From the human T2T-CHM13v2.0 reference genome, Homo sapiens, in NCBI RefSeq assembly GCF_009914755.1, contig NC_060943.1: a stretch of DNA of 64,000 nucleotides. The stretch is one strand, 5' to 3'. Of the stretch, positions 24,014 through 41,668 are shown piece after piece. Numbering within the stretch: the first letter of the stretch is position 1; every line of letters begins with the position of its first letter. The translations under genes and the position numbers were made by a program. Under the pieces are notes generated by a model. The model was not told the DNA's origin, ran no database searches, and saw nothing but the letters and a program-made list of their open reading frames with translations.

Positions 24014-25179
24014 GTGAGTGAGCTACACCCTATCGCAAATAAGTCAATAAATGAGAGGTTTAATTCCTCCTTTGAAAATAAAGAAAGAGATTTTCTTTCC
24101 TTTCATCCCTTTTCTTAGGACATTTATTTAGAAAATATGCAAAAATACGAAAGTTAGCTGGGCATGGTCGTGTGCGCTTGTAATACCAGATACTCCAAAG
24201 GCTGAGGCAGAAGAATAGCTTCCACCCAGTAGGCAGAGGCTGCAGTGAGCCACGATCTCGCAACTGCACCCCAGCATGGGCCACAGAGAAATACTGTCTT
24301 AAAAATAAAATAAAAGAAAAAAGTAAAAAAAGAAAAAGTAATAGATCTCTTTAACAAACGTACTGGGACAACTAACTGGATATCCACATGGAAAAGAATA
24401 ATGTTGGATCCCTATGTTACACCATGAAAAATTTTATTTAAAAACGGTAAAACAAACAAAAAACAAGGCCGTGTGGGGTGGCTCACATCTGTAAGCCAAG
24501 CAGTTTGGGAGGCTGAGGAGGGCGGATCACGAAGTCAGGAGATCGAGACCATCCTGGCTAACACGGTGAAACCCCATCTCTGCTAAAAATACAAAAAATT
24601 AGCTGGGCGTCGTGGCGGTCGCCTCAAATCCGTTACTCCAAAGGCTGAGGCAGGAGAATGGCGTGAACCCGGAAGTTGGAGCTTGCAGTTAGCCAAAACC
24701 GTGCCACTGCACTCCAGTCTGGGCGACAGAGAGAGATTCTGTCTCAAAAAAAAAAAAAAAAAAAAAAAAAGGGAGGGAGAGACGAGGAAGGGAGCCCTGT
24801 GAGAGGGGGTGTTACTTTGTCACCAGGCTGGTCTGGACCCCCAGGTTCAGCGATTCTCTGGCCGCTGCTTCCTGAGTAGCTGGGACCTCAGGCTTCCGCC
24901 CCGTGCCCGCATCCCTGCTGTGTTTAAGCAGCAGGTGGTGACCTCACTTCTCCCTTTCCTGAGCACTCAGTCCCGCATCCCAGGCGGAGGCCCTAGGGAA
25001 GTCTCTGAAGCTGAGCACAGGGTGGACTCTCCCTCCTGAATGAATGGCGAATAGAGAGAGAGAGGATTTCTGTTCTGTTCTGTGGGCCATCAGCATGAAA
25101 TCATATGTTCCTCCCAGGCAGGGCTTTGCATTTCACATTTTAGTTTGCATGCCCGTTCCAGACAATTCCAGGGTTTTGA

Positions 25180-26060
25180 ATCATGCCTCAACCTTCCTGG
25201 CCGCTCTCCCCTCCAAACACCCAAAAAACAGAGGAGCTGCCTGCCAGGCCAAGTGATGCACAGGTCCCGCCCCGGCCCCGCCCTCTGCCGGTTCTAAAGG
25301 GCAAGGTCTCTCCGCCTCGCGCTCCGACCCTACCCCGCCCAGGACCCGCCAAACTGTTCGCGGGCCCCGCCCAGGCCTGGCTTCTGTCCTGCGCGCGCAA
25401 ACCAGGTGGCGTATCGCTTGGAGTGAAGGTCCTACCGCGGCATGTGAGTTTCGCTCTGTGTTGTGTTAAGTCTGCGCTTCCCAGGTCCCCGGCGCTTCTG
25501 TCCCTAGGACTTTGGGTCCCCACGGACCTGGAAATTCTCGCTTGTCTTCATTCACATAGAGCAAATTGAGATGTCCCCGTAAGAGTCCGGGAGTTGCTTC
25601 CTTTTGGGTTTGAAGTCGTCCGGAGGCTGGTCCAGTCCCTGGTCTTTCTGCTGTAGGGCAATGTATACACTTCTATAGCGTAATTTTCCTGCTCAAAACC
25701 TTTTTCTGACTCTCCCGCCCCGTGCTTCTTAAAGTCCTCACCCGCGAGGTGGATTCCCGCCCTGGGCGCCTCCCAGGCTCGGCCCCTGGAGCACAGCGCC
25801 CCGGGCCCAGTCCTGGGGAGGCTGCGTCTTCTGCCTGGTCCTGGAATCCTGCAGGTGTCACCCTTGTCTTAAGGCGCCGTCGCCCCCTACGTCCCTCCTC
25901 GTGCCGGGCCCTGCTGCTCCCGTAGTCTTCCCTCTGCAGTCACCGCTTCCCCTGAACCAGCATTGGGCAGGTCCCAGGGGCTTGTCCTTTGACCCGGGAT
26001 ATTCTTGCCTGCCCAGTTCCACCCCCCGGAAAATGCGCTTCTCCGCGATGCAGGAGTCTT
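25180..26060 (+). promoter_or_regulatory. CpG-rich promoter/exon-1 paralogue upstream of the ZNF578 coding exons
   Basis: GC boxes (CCCCGCCC), TGCGCGCGCA and donor CAT|GTGAGT at 25444. Colinear with 59990-60950. Confidence 0.75.
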
Positions 26061-28831
26061 ACTCCAAACCCGCAGAGTTTTGCTGGTGGCAAGGAGAACC
26101 GAGGGAGAAACACAGCAGGGAGGACACCGGGGGATCTGGGGTGCTAGAGAGTGGGGACAGGGGGGTATAACAGGGAAGAGAGAATTTAACAGGGAGAGCA
26201 GAGGAGACGCAGAGATAAGAGGCGGTAATATATAGAGATTGAGGACGATCGAAAGATTGGGGGGAAGGGCAACAAGAGGTTAAATAAGGACCGGGCGCGG
26301 TGGCTTATGCCTGTAATCCCAGCAGTTTTGGAGGCTGAAGCGGGCAGATCACCTGAGGTCCCGAGTTCGAGACCAGCCTATCCAACATGGAGAAACCCCG
26401 TCCCTACTAAAAATGCAAAATTAGCCGGGCGCGGTTGCACATGCCTGTAACGCCAGCTATTAGGGAGGCTGAAGCTGGAGAATCGCTTGAACCTGGGAGG
26501 CGGAGGTTGTGGTGAGCCGAGATCTCACCATTTCACTCCAGCCTGGGCAACAAGAGCAAAACTCCGTCCAAAAAAAAAAAGTGGTTAAATAAGTTGTGAG
26601 GATGGAGCAGAAGAGGTGGAAGAGAAGTAATAGAGGGAAGAATGGAATAAATAGCAGGAGAGGAGAGGGGTACAAAATGAGCAGAATCCCAGGGAAAAAG
26701 ACAAGAAAACAAGAGCTAGAGAGAAGGGGAGAATGAGAGATGTGTAAAGAATTAGGGAGGGAAGCACAGTAATGAAGAAAGAGTGGCTGGGCGCAGTGGC
26801 TCAAGCCTGTAATCCCAGCACTTTAGGAGACTGAGGCAGAGGGATTGCTTGAGTCCAGGAGTTCAAGACTAGCCTAGGCAAAATAGTGAGACCCGCCATC
26901 GCTGTCAAAAAAAAAAGAAAAAAAAATTTAACGGGGCATGATAGTGTAGACCTGTAATTTCAGCTACTCTGTAGGCAGAGGCTGGAGGATCACTTGAGCC
27001 CAGGAGCTCCAGGCTGCTGTGAGCAGAGATCATGCCACTGTACTCCAGCCTGGTCAAAAGAGCAAGACCCTGTCTTAAAAGAAAAAAAGGGTTGGGGACT
27101 TTGGATACAGATGAGTGTGTGAGTTCATTGGATATGATTAGTTGTGACATGTTGACTTCTGTCTATATAATCTAATAACTTGTCTAAATTATACAGATGA
27201 GTTTGAGAATTTTAAAAGTCCTATCTGTGAGTCATGTACATTCTATAAATCTTGGTATCAGAGGTTAGCTTCCACTTGGAATCCCTATTCAGCCCGCGGG
27301 CAGTGACATTCAGTTGTGAGTCACTCTCTTCCCTTTTCCCAGGGTGGGGTAGGAAGTGGGGCAGTGATGTGGAAAAAAAAATCACTTTCTGTTATTATGT
27401 AATACTTTTAATTAATTAATTAATATTTTGAGACAGGGTCTGGCCCTATTGCCCAGGCAGGAGTACAATGGTGTTATCTACTCTAACTGAAGCCTCGACC
27501 TCCTAGGCTCAAGCAATCCTCCTCCCTCAGTCTCCTGAGTAGCTGAGACCACTGGTGTGAGACACCAAGCCCAGCTAGTTGTTTTTTTTTTCTTTGTTTT
27601 TTTGTAGAAACAGGGTTTCAGTATGTTTCCCGGGGTGGTCTCAAAATCCTGGGCTCAAAGGTTCCTCCTGTCTTGGCCTTGCAAAGTACTGGGATTACAG
27701 GGATGAGCCACCGCGCCCAGCCTACATACTAATTATTATTAGTAGTAGTAGTTTTTTGAGGTGGAGTTTCACTCCTGTTGCCCAGGCTGGAGTGCAAGGG
27801 CACGATCTTGGCTAATGACTCTCTGTGCCTTTAGAGTTGAAGCGATTCTCCTGCGATACTACCCCCTGAGTAGCTGGGATTACAGGCATGCGCCACCATG
27901 CCCCGCTAATTTTGGATTAGGAGGCCGAGGCAGGAGAATCACTTGAACCCAGGAGGCAGAGGTTGTGGTGAGCTGAGATCGCACCATTGTACTTCAGCGT
28001 GGGCAATAAGAGCGAATCTCTGTCTCAAAAAAACCAAAAAAGAATGGAGCAAAACAGGAGAGGGGTATAAAATGAGCAGAAGCCCAGGGGGAAATGCAGA
28101 AAAGAAACAGATGGAGAGAGAAAGTGAAAAAGGGCTATGTATAAAATGATGGAGGGAAGCAGTAATGAAGATGAAGGGGGACCCTGAGTGCAGATGAGCG
28201 GTGAGTTGATTGGATGTGATGATGAAGTGATGACACGTTGTTTTCTCTGTTTATAATGTAACAAATTTAAAATTAGTTTAAATTATACAGATGAGAATGA
28301 GAGTTGCCAAACTCCTGTGTCTAAGTGTGGTGCATTTTATAATGATGGCGTCAGAGGCAGCTTCCCTCTGCAACCCCTCTTCAGCCAGAGGACAGTGACT
28401 TGACTCATTCGTTGTGGATCACCCTCTTCCCTTTTCATGGCTGGGGTCGGGAGTGGGGGAAGAGAAGTAGGGTAAGAAGTGACTGACTCTGTTACTATAT
28501 GGAACGTGATGAAAGGAGTATTAAAGTGCTTTTTTTCTCTTTTTGTAATTGGTTTCCTTTTTTCTAGTTCCTCCTCATTTAATTAGTTTAGTTGTCTTTT
28601 TGTTTTTCTTTTTGAGATGGAGTCTCTCTCTGTCACGCAGGCTGGAGTGAAGTGGAGCGATCTGGACTCACTGTAACCTCTGCCTCCCGGGTTCAAGGAA
28701 TTCTCTGCCTCAGCCTCCCGAGCAGCTGGGATTATAGGCGCCCACAACCACACCTGTCTGATTTTTGTATTTTTAGTAGAGACAGGATTCACCATCTTGG
28801 CAAGATGGTTCTTGAACTCATGACCTCGTGA

Positions 28832-29110
<279 letters not shown>

Positions 29111-29639
29111 TAGCCAGGATGGTCTCGATCTCCTGACCTCGTGATCCGCCCGCCTCAGCCTCCCAAAGTGCTGGGATTACAGGCGTGAGCCACCGCGCTC
29201 AGCCTCATTAGTTGTTATTTATTTATTTATTTGAGACAGAGTCTCGCTCTGTCACCCAGGCTGGAGTGCAATGGCGCAATCTCGGTCACTGCAACCTTCG
29301 CCTCTGGGGTTCATGTGATTCTCCTGCCTCAGCCTCCTAAGTAGTTATGATTACAGGCACGCAGCACCATGGCCGGCTAATTTTGTATTTTCAGTAGAAA
29401 TGGGGTTTCTCCATCTTGGTCAGGCTGGTCTTGAACACCTGACCTCAGGTGATCCTCCTGCTTCAGCTTCCCAAGGTGCTGGGATTACAGGCGTGAGCCG
29501 CCGCGCCCAGCCTTTAATTTTTATTTTTTTGAGACACTCTTGCTGTTGTCCAGGCTGGAGTGCAGTGGCAGGATCACATCTCAGTGCCGTAGCAACCTCC
29601 TGGGCTCAAGTGATTTTCCCACCTCAGCCTCCGGAGTAG

Positions 29640-29900
<261 letters not shown>

Positions 29901-30792
29901 TGACTTCATGATCCGCCCACCTTGGCCTCCCAAAGTGCTTGTGCACCACTATGCCCTGCTAATTTTAGTATTTTTGGTAGAGACATAGTTTCTCCATGTT
30001 GGCCAGGCAGGTCTCGAACTGCTAACCTTGTGGTGGTCTTCCTGCCCTGGCCTCCCAAAGTGCTGGGATTATAGGTGTGAGTCACCATGCCCGGCCTTAT
30101 TGTTTTCAAAGTATGATATATTTTCAACTATTTCTCCTTTGAGCCAAGATTTCATTACATCTATATTTTTTGAACATTTTAAAATTGTTTCTCTGTGAAA
30201 TTGTGTTCAGTTTACATTGAGGTCTGTTTGCTTTCTAGTCTTTATCATATATCGAAAACATTTTCTACTATGTGATATATGATGTTAGGTTGTTTCAGTG
30301 TGTACTTGATAATGATATCAAGGACCTTTTTTCTTTATCCTAACATGAAAATTTAGTTAAAGTAGCCTATTCCATTTTCTTTTCTTATGTCATCTGAAAA
30401 AATGGTTATCTGTGAGCTTCTAAGTAAGTGTCCCCCTCAAGTCCCTCTGGTCCATAATATTCTCTACAGATGTTGAAGGATGGGCTGGATTGACTTGGAA
30501 CCTTGGTTTAGCAGAGCCCATGTGTTCATGAGAAAAGCATTTGCTCAGATCTCATTTCTACAGCTGCCTCTTTTTCAGTGTTTTAAACACCTATTGCTGT
30601 GTGTGCACATGGTGTGTTTTGCACATTTTTCTGGGAGTGAGTAATGATATGTTTGGGATTGATGCCATCAGAACCTTACAACTCGAAAGAAGTTTCCTTT
30701 GCTCAGGTATATAAGATGGTCCTGGAATTTTTGTTTGTTTGTTTTTCTTTGAGATGGAGTCTCGCTCTGTCGCCCAGGCTGGAGTGCAGTGA

Positions 30793-31112
<320 letters not shown>

Positions 31113-31225
31113 TAGCCAGAATGGTAATTTGTGTATTTTTAGTAGAGACGTGATGTCACCATATTGGCCAGGATGGTCTTGAACTCCTGACCTTGTGATT
31201 TGCCCACTTTGGCCTGCCAAAATGA

Positions 31226-31705
<480 letters not shown>

Positions 31706-32291
31706 TGAGCCTTAGTGAGCCCACCTGTAACATAGAGGTGAGGAATAAGATCAGAAAAGCTCAGTCAGTGACACTGACCCCTGAAACGACTGACAAAATA
31801 CAGTGTGTGACTTTTCTTCTGGGAGAGGATAATGGTCATTTTTAACTCAAATTTCAAATGAATTCCAGTTCTCCAAGATGAGCAAAAACAGGGGATTAGA
31901 CTCAAATCACCTTGAAGGTTATCATCTCACAGCTTTCACCCACCTACACGACTCCATGTCCCCTGCAGGCCTCAACCCTGAGCTCTACAATCCTGTGTCC
32001 AGTAGTCTCCTCAGCTCTCTCCTGGGACATCAAACAGGCATCCCCACCTTCAGCTGTCCATAAGTGACTTCCTAAATCCCCAAACACATTCCCTTGCAGT
32101 CTGCACATCTCAGATGAGAGTGAATGTGTACTTCCGAAAACTTAGCTGAACTTGACAGCACATATTTTAAATATGGGAAATACATTACATTATTTGTAAG
32201 TGTTGTAATTTATAATACATAGAGAAACGTACATGTATATGTGAAAAGAGTGAGAAGATACATCACTTCCAAATCGTTTTTTTTTTTTTGA

Positions 32292-32456
<165 letters not shown>

Positions 32457-32742
32457 TGAAGACCATGTCCCTATGGGTCTGTGCCCCCAGGACCTCTCTG
32501 ACCTCATCTCCTACCTGTGCCCTCCTCTCTTCCACTGTTCCAGCCCCACGGGCCGCTTTCCTTTTCCTGGGGCTGAGGTTGCTCCTGTCTCAGGGCCTTC
32601 ACTTGAGCTGTCCCTCTCTCTAGGATGCTCTTCCCCTCAGCTGCAAGTGACAAGCAGCCTTTCTTTCCTAGGTCCTTGTTCTGATATCATCTTCTCCGGG
32701 TCTCCTTTGTGATCTCCCACAGCCCTCATTCGACACTGCGGC

Positions 32743-33683
<941 letters not shown>

Positions 33684-34431
33684 TGAAGTCCTGACCCTGT
33701 GATCCAGCCGCCTCGGCCTCCCAAAGTGCTGGGATTATAGGCGAGAGCCCCTGCGTCTGGCCTCTTTGTGATTATTTTTGTGCCTTTGTCATCCACTGTC
33801 TGGATCCTGGTGAGAACTTGGCCCCAAGCGGAGGGCAGAGCCAGAACGTGGGGCTGTGCTGGGCTCGCCCCCTCTGAGTGGAGCTCAACCCTGGCTTCAC
33901 ATTAGAGTGCGGAGCATTTTGCAAATAGAGCTTTTGTGCCGCTTTAGCAGGGATTCTTATTCTGACGGGATGGAACCCACCCTCAGTAATACCTGCAGTG
34001 GCGCAGGTGCTTGTCATCTGTGTGCAGCATTGAGCATGGAAGCTCTGAGTCCTGCATTTCTGAGGGCTGAGCTCAGCCTGTGATCCACAGAGAGGTGAGG
34101 GGCTGTCCTCTGGATGCGGTTTGATCAGGGATGGGTCTGTGCCCTGAAGGAGAGATCAGTCCAGCCCAGCTCCCCACTGCTGCCTCGTGTGTGGTGGCTG
34201 CTCCAGGAGGGGGGCGAGATCTGAAGACCAGGGTCAAACATACACTTATAGGTCTTCCTGTGGGACTTTCTTATGTCTGCATGATCTCTGGTGCAGTGGG
34301 CAGTGGGGGGGGCTTCTTTGTACAGGGTGATGTCTCCCCGTTCCTGTGTTTTTATCACAGGAAGGGAGTGAGTCATATCTAACCTGAAGTCTTATTTTTC
34401 TTCCACATACAGGATTGATTTCTAAAGACTC

Positions 34432-34494
34432 ATGTTACATGAGGAAGCAGCTCAGAAGAGGAAAGGAAAGGAGCCAGGCATGGCTCTTCCTCAG
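34432..34494 (+). CDS. ZNF578: ZNF578 first coding exon (exon starts 34413): MLHEEAAQKRKGKEPGMALPQ
   Basis: Acceptor CCACATACAG at 34403-34412, ATG at 34432, donor CAG|GTGAAG; 63 coding nt, phase 0. Confidence 0.88.
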
Positions 34495-36357
34495 GTGAAG
34501 TGATATTCCTCTGTGGATTAATCTGTCTCTTTCCTTTCTGAAGTGTAGTAGTATTATATTGTATTGTAGTAATGTATTGTAACAGCCAGTCTTTTCTGAG
34601 TCTGAAGCATTTTGCCTGACACGTTTGCTTGCACTCACCCATGCCTGCCCTCAGTTCCTCTCATTTGCTCAAAAGAATTCCATCTCCTGTGACCCAGTGA
34701 CATGAACTTGGGAAGAGGCTCCACTGGGCATGGTCCTGGGAAGGGCTCACACCCAGACATGGATTAACATGGGGTGTGGGCCCGTTGATGTCATTGCTGC
34801 TGGGCAGCCTGGATTGTTCAGGGGCCATATCTGGATGTCAGCTCTTTGTGGACCAGATTAGAGAAACTGCATATGAAATACGTATGTTAATGTGCCCAGG
34901 TATGTGGCAAATTCTGGGAAAGGAGACGAATAAGGAGAGGTATTTTGTATCTCATTTGGTAATGCATTTGAAGCCACACTAGTAGATCAAGATGTCTCTG
35001 TCTCCAAACTTTTTGTTTTGTTTTAAGAGACAGGATGTTGGTCCAGGTGGGATGGCTCACACTTGTAATCACAGCACTTTGGGAGGCCAAGGCAGGAAGA
35101 TCACTTGAGGTCAGGAGTTCAAGACCAGCCTGGCCAACATGGTGAAACCCCATCTCTACTAAAAATACAAAAATTAGCTGTGTGTGGCGGTGCATGCCTG
35201 TAATCTCAGCTACTTAGGAGACGGAGGCAGGAGAATCGCTTGAGCCCAGGAGGTGGAGGTTACCATACACTGAAATTTTGCCACTGCACTCCAGCCTGGG
35301 AAACGGAGCAAGACTCTGTCTCAAAAGAAAAAGAGAGGGAGAGAGAAGGTGTCGCTCTGTGGCTTAGTTCTGGAGTACAATGGCACAATTCAGAGTTTAC
35401 AGCAGCCTCAAACTCCTGGGCTCAACTAATCCCTCCTTTAGACTCCCAAAGAGCCTGAGTGATAGGCATGGGTCACCATATGTATGTATGTATTTTAAGA
35501 TGGAGTCTCGCTCAGTCACCAAAGCTGGAGTGCAATGTCAGGATCTCAGCTCACTGCATCCTCTCCCTCTGGGTTTCAAGCAATTCTTCTGCCTCAGCCT
35601 CCTGAGTTGCTGGGACTACAGGATGCACCACCACACCCAGCTAGTTTTTGTACTTTTAGTTGGGACAGGGTTTCATTATGTTCTTTAGGCTGGTCTCAAA
35701 CTCCTGACCTTGTGATCTGCCTGTCTTGGACTCCCCAGGTGCTGGGATTAAAGGTGTGCACCACCATGTCTGGCCTTATTTTTTATATTGTATTTTTATT
35801 TTGTTGTCCAGGCTGGAGTGCAGTAATGCAATCATAGCTTGCTACAGCCTTGATATCCTGGCCTCCAGTGATCCTCCCCTCTTGGCCTCCCAAATTGCTG
35901 GCATTCCAAATGGGAGACAGCCAGCCCGGCTGGACTCTGCACTTTTTTTGAGATGGAGTCTCTCTCTGTTGCCCAGGTTGTATTGCAGTGGCGGGATCTC
36001 AGCTCACTGCAACCTCTGCCTTCCGGCTTCAAGCAATTCTTTTGCCTCAACCTCCGGAGTATCTGGGATTACAGGCATTCGCTGTCACGCCTGGCTAAGT
36101 TTTTTGTATTTTTATAGAGATATGGTTTCAGCATGTTCCCAGGCTGGTCTTGAATTCCTGACCTCGTGATCCACTCACCTCGGTCTCCCAAGTGCTGGGA
36201 TTACAGGCATGAGCCACTGAGACTGACCAATCATGATAGTTTTTAGATTCGGACTTTTCTTTGAAAGCCATTTGACTTTGTCCTCTCTGAAACACCACTT
36301 GTATCTTAGCTCATCTAGAGACTAAATATCAGCTCGTATGTTGAACATAATATCTGA

Positions 36358-36507
<150 letters not shown>

Positions 36508-37240
36508 TGAGTAGCTGGGAGTACAGGTCCACACCACGACACCCAGCTAATTTTTGTATTTTTATTAGAGACATGGTTTTGCCATGTTGGCCAGGATGGT
36601 CTCGATTTCTTGACCACATTATCTGCCCACATTGGTCTCCCAAAATGTTGGGATTACAGGTGAGAGCCACCGCCTGGCATTGCTTTTTTTTTTTAACATG
36701 GAGTGTCAGTCTGTTGCCCAGGATGGAGGGCAGTGGTGCGATCTTGGCTCACTGCGGCCTCCATCTCCTGACTTCAAGTGATTCTCCTGCCTCAGCCTCC
36801 TGTGTAGCTGGGATTACAGGAGCCTGCCACAATGCCCGTCTAATTTTTATATTTTTAGTGGAGACAGGTTTCCACCACATTGGCCAGGGTGGTCTCGAAC
36901 TCTTGAACTCAAATAATCTGCCCACCTTGGCCTCCCGAAGCATTGGTATTACAAGCGTGAACCACCATGCCCAGCCCTGTGTTTCCTTTTTATTTATATA
37001 GTTTTTATATTGTCCATAAAATCGAGACTTCCATAGCGACTTATGGGATCTTAAAATCTTTCAAGGAAAAGTACAATAAAATGCAACTATTGAGAAAAAA
37101 AATTCAAAAATACCTTAACGTGGTTTTGTCACAACACAGTCTTTGATCAAAGAAATACTTATTTTCTCTTTTCTCATTTCCTGTGAAGGTGATAACTCAA
37201 TCCTCCATAATGTTTTGTTGAAATGTGTGTTTCATTTTAG

Positions 37241-37492
<252 letters not shown>

Positions 37493-37495
37493 TGA

Positions 37496-37651
<156 letters not shown>

Positions 37652-39552
37652 TAGTAGAGATGGGGTTTCTCCATGTTGGTCAGGCTCGTCTCTAACTCCC
37701 GACCTCAGGTGATCCGCCCACCTTGGCCTCCCAAAGTGCTGGGATTACAGGCGTGAGCCACCATGCCCAGCTCATTCTGGTTTTTGAGGAGCATCACAGA
37801 AGCGTCTCTCACTGGCACTGTGACAATGTTCATCCCATAAACTAATGATCATCTTCTCTAAGCAGCAGTCAGTGGTGTTGAAATTTCTCCTAGCGGGGAC
37901 ATCATTTGGGCTCACAGCCTCATATGTATGAGGCTGTTGACTGAACTCTTGTTCATTTCACATTTTTCACACCAATATATGTCATTGTTCATTTTTTGTT
38001 TGTTTGTTTGTTTTTTGTTTTTGTTTTTGAGACAGTCTCGCTCTTTCACCCAGGCCGACTGCAGTGGCACGATCTCGGCTCACTGTAAGCTCCGCCTCCC
38101 GGGTTCAAGCCATTCTTCTGCCTCAGCCTCCTGAGTAGCTGGGATTACAGGTGCCCGCCACCATGCCCAGCTAGTTTTTTTTTGTATTTTTAGTAGAGAC
38201 GGGGTTTCACCGTGTTAGCCAAGATGCTCTCGATCTCCTGACCTTGTGATCCACTCTCCTCGACCTCCCAAAGTGCTGGGATTACAGGCGTGAGCCACTG
38301 CGCCTGGCCCATTGTTCATTTTTGACAAGAAAACCTATGTTCAGTTTGTTGTAGGGTCAACCCTGTAAGAGATATGGTTTTCATCAATCTTATTTAGGGA
38401 GCTTGTGAGGTTGAATGAGGTTTCCATGGTTTAGTTCTACTGTCATTTCCTTCAGACACAGTGGCTTTCAACTTGTTAGTTTCTATGTTGTTTTTTTTTT
38501 TGAGTCAGAGTCTCACTCTGTTTCCCTGGCTTGAGTGCAGTGGCTTGATCTTGGCTCACTGCACCCTCCACCTATTGGATTCAAGTGATTCTCCTGCCTC
38601 AGCCTCTTGAGTGGCTGGGATTACAGGCATGTGTCACCACAACCTAGTAATTTTTGGTAGTTCTATTACAGATGGCAGTTTCACCATGTTGGCTAGGCTT
38701 CTTTTGATAGCCTGGCCTGACGTGATTCACTTGCCTCGGATTCCAAACTGCTGGGATTACAGTCATGAGCCACCACCCCTGGCCCCATCCGAGTTTGTTT
38801 TTAAGGCTGAATAATACTCCATTTTATGTGTATACCACATTTTCCTCATGTATTTATCTGTCGATGGATATCTGGGTTGGTTTTTTCTCTTTACTATTAT
38901 GAACAATACTACCAGGCTGGGTGCGGTGGCCCATGCCTGTAATCCCAGCACTTTGGAAGGCTGAGGTGGGTGAATCACCTGAGGTCAGGAGTTCGAGACC
39001 AGCCTGGCCAACATGGTGAAACCACATCTCTATTAAAAGTACAGTTTCTTTTTTTTTTTTTTTTTTTTTTTAAGATGGAGTATTGCTCTGTCACCCAGGC
39101 TGGAGTGCAGTGGTGCAATTTCAGCTTAGTGCAACCTCCACCTCCCAGGTCAGGCAATCTCCTACCTCAGCCTTCTGAGTAGCTGAAATTACAGATGTTC
39201 ACCACCATGCCCGGCTAATACTTGTTTGTATTTTTTTAGTGGAGACAGTGTTTCACCATACTGTCCTGGCTGGTCTTGAACTGCTGATCTCTTGATCCAC
39301 CTGCCCATTATGCCTGGCGCAAGCCTGGCTAATTTTTGTATTTTTAGTAGAGGTGGAGTTTCTACTTGTGATTCATCCACCTGCTTTTTAAAACAAGTGA
39401 ATATTATTAGATGGCTTCATATATTATAAGTTTTACAGGACAGACTCTAAACTTCCTTTGTTTAATAAGATTTGTCGGCCTTTGGTGATGTTGATGATGA
39501 GATGCCCCTTTTCCTATCTCACTCATTTCATCGTTCTGTTAGAAATAGCTTA

Positions 39553-40113
<561 letters not shown>

Positions 40114-40149
40114 TCAGTCTCAAAAACAGACAAAAAAAGAAATAGCTGG

Positions 40150-40335
40150 AACTGGAAAGCTTAAGACATAGAAATTTATTTCTCATTAATCTGGAAAGTG
40201 GGAAATCCAAGAGCAAGATGTCAGCTAGATTGGCTCCTGGTGAGAGCCTTCTTCGTGGTTTAGCCCAGCCGTCTTCCTGCTGTGTCCTGACATGGGGGAA
40301 AGAGGAGCAGGCAATGAGCTCTTTACTGTCTCTTT
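40150..40335 (-). mobile_element. MLT1A-like MaLR fragment
   Basis: AGAAATTTATTTCTCA...GGAAATCCAAGAGCAAGATG...CCTGGTGAGAGCC...CTGCTGTGTCCTGACATGG. Confidence 0.6.
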
Positions 40336-40480
40336 TTATAAATCACTAGTCCTGGCTGGACGAGCTGGCTCATGAGTGTAATCCCAGCACTTTGGGAGGC
40401 TGAGACAGCCAAATCACATGAGGTCGGGAGTTTGAGACCAGCCTGACCAACATGGAGAAACCACATCTCTACTAAAACTA

Positions 40481-40633
<153 letters not shown>

Positions 40634-41326
40634 TCAAAAATAAATAAAGAGGCGGGGCACGGTGGCTCATGCCTGTAATCCCAGCACTTTGGGAGGCCGC
40701 GCAGTGCAGATCACGAAGTCAAAAGATCGAGACCATCCTGGCCAACATGGTGAAACCCCATTGCTACTAATAATATAAAAATTTTCTGTGCGTGGTGGTG
40801 CATGCCTATAGTCCCAGCTACTTGGGAGGCTGAGGCAGGAGAATCACTTGAACCCGGGAGGCAAAGTTGCAGTGAGCCGAGACTGTACCACTGCACTCCA
40901 GCCTGGGTGACAGAGCAAGACTCCATCACAAAAGAAATAGAGAGAGAGAGAAAGAGAAAGTGAAAGAGAGAAAAAGAAAGAAAGATATTAAAAGCCTTAG
41001 TCCTATTCACAATTAGTCAACACCCATGACCAAATTCTCTAAAAGGCCCCATCTGCAGGAACATCCTATTGGTCCTATTGGTCCACTATCAGATGATAGT
41101 GGACCGAGCGCGGTGGCTCTCGCCTGTAATCCTAGCACTTTGGGAGGCCGAGGTGGGTGGATCACCTGAGGCTAGGAGTTCAAGACCAACTTAACCAACA
41201 GGAGAAACCCCATCTCTACTAAAAATACAAAATTATCGAGTGTGGTGGTGAATGCCTGTAATCCCAGCTACTGAGGAGGCTGAGGCAGGAGAATTGCTTC
41301 AACCCAGGAGGCATAGGTTGTGGTGA

Positions 41327-41668
<342 letters not shown>

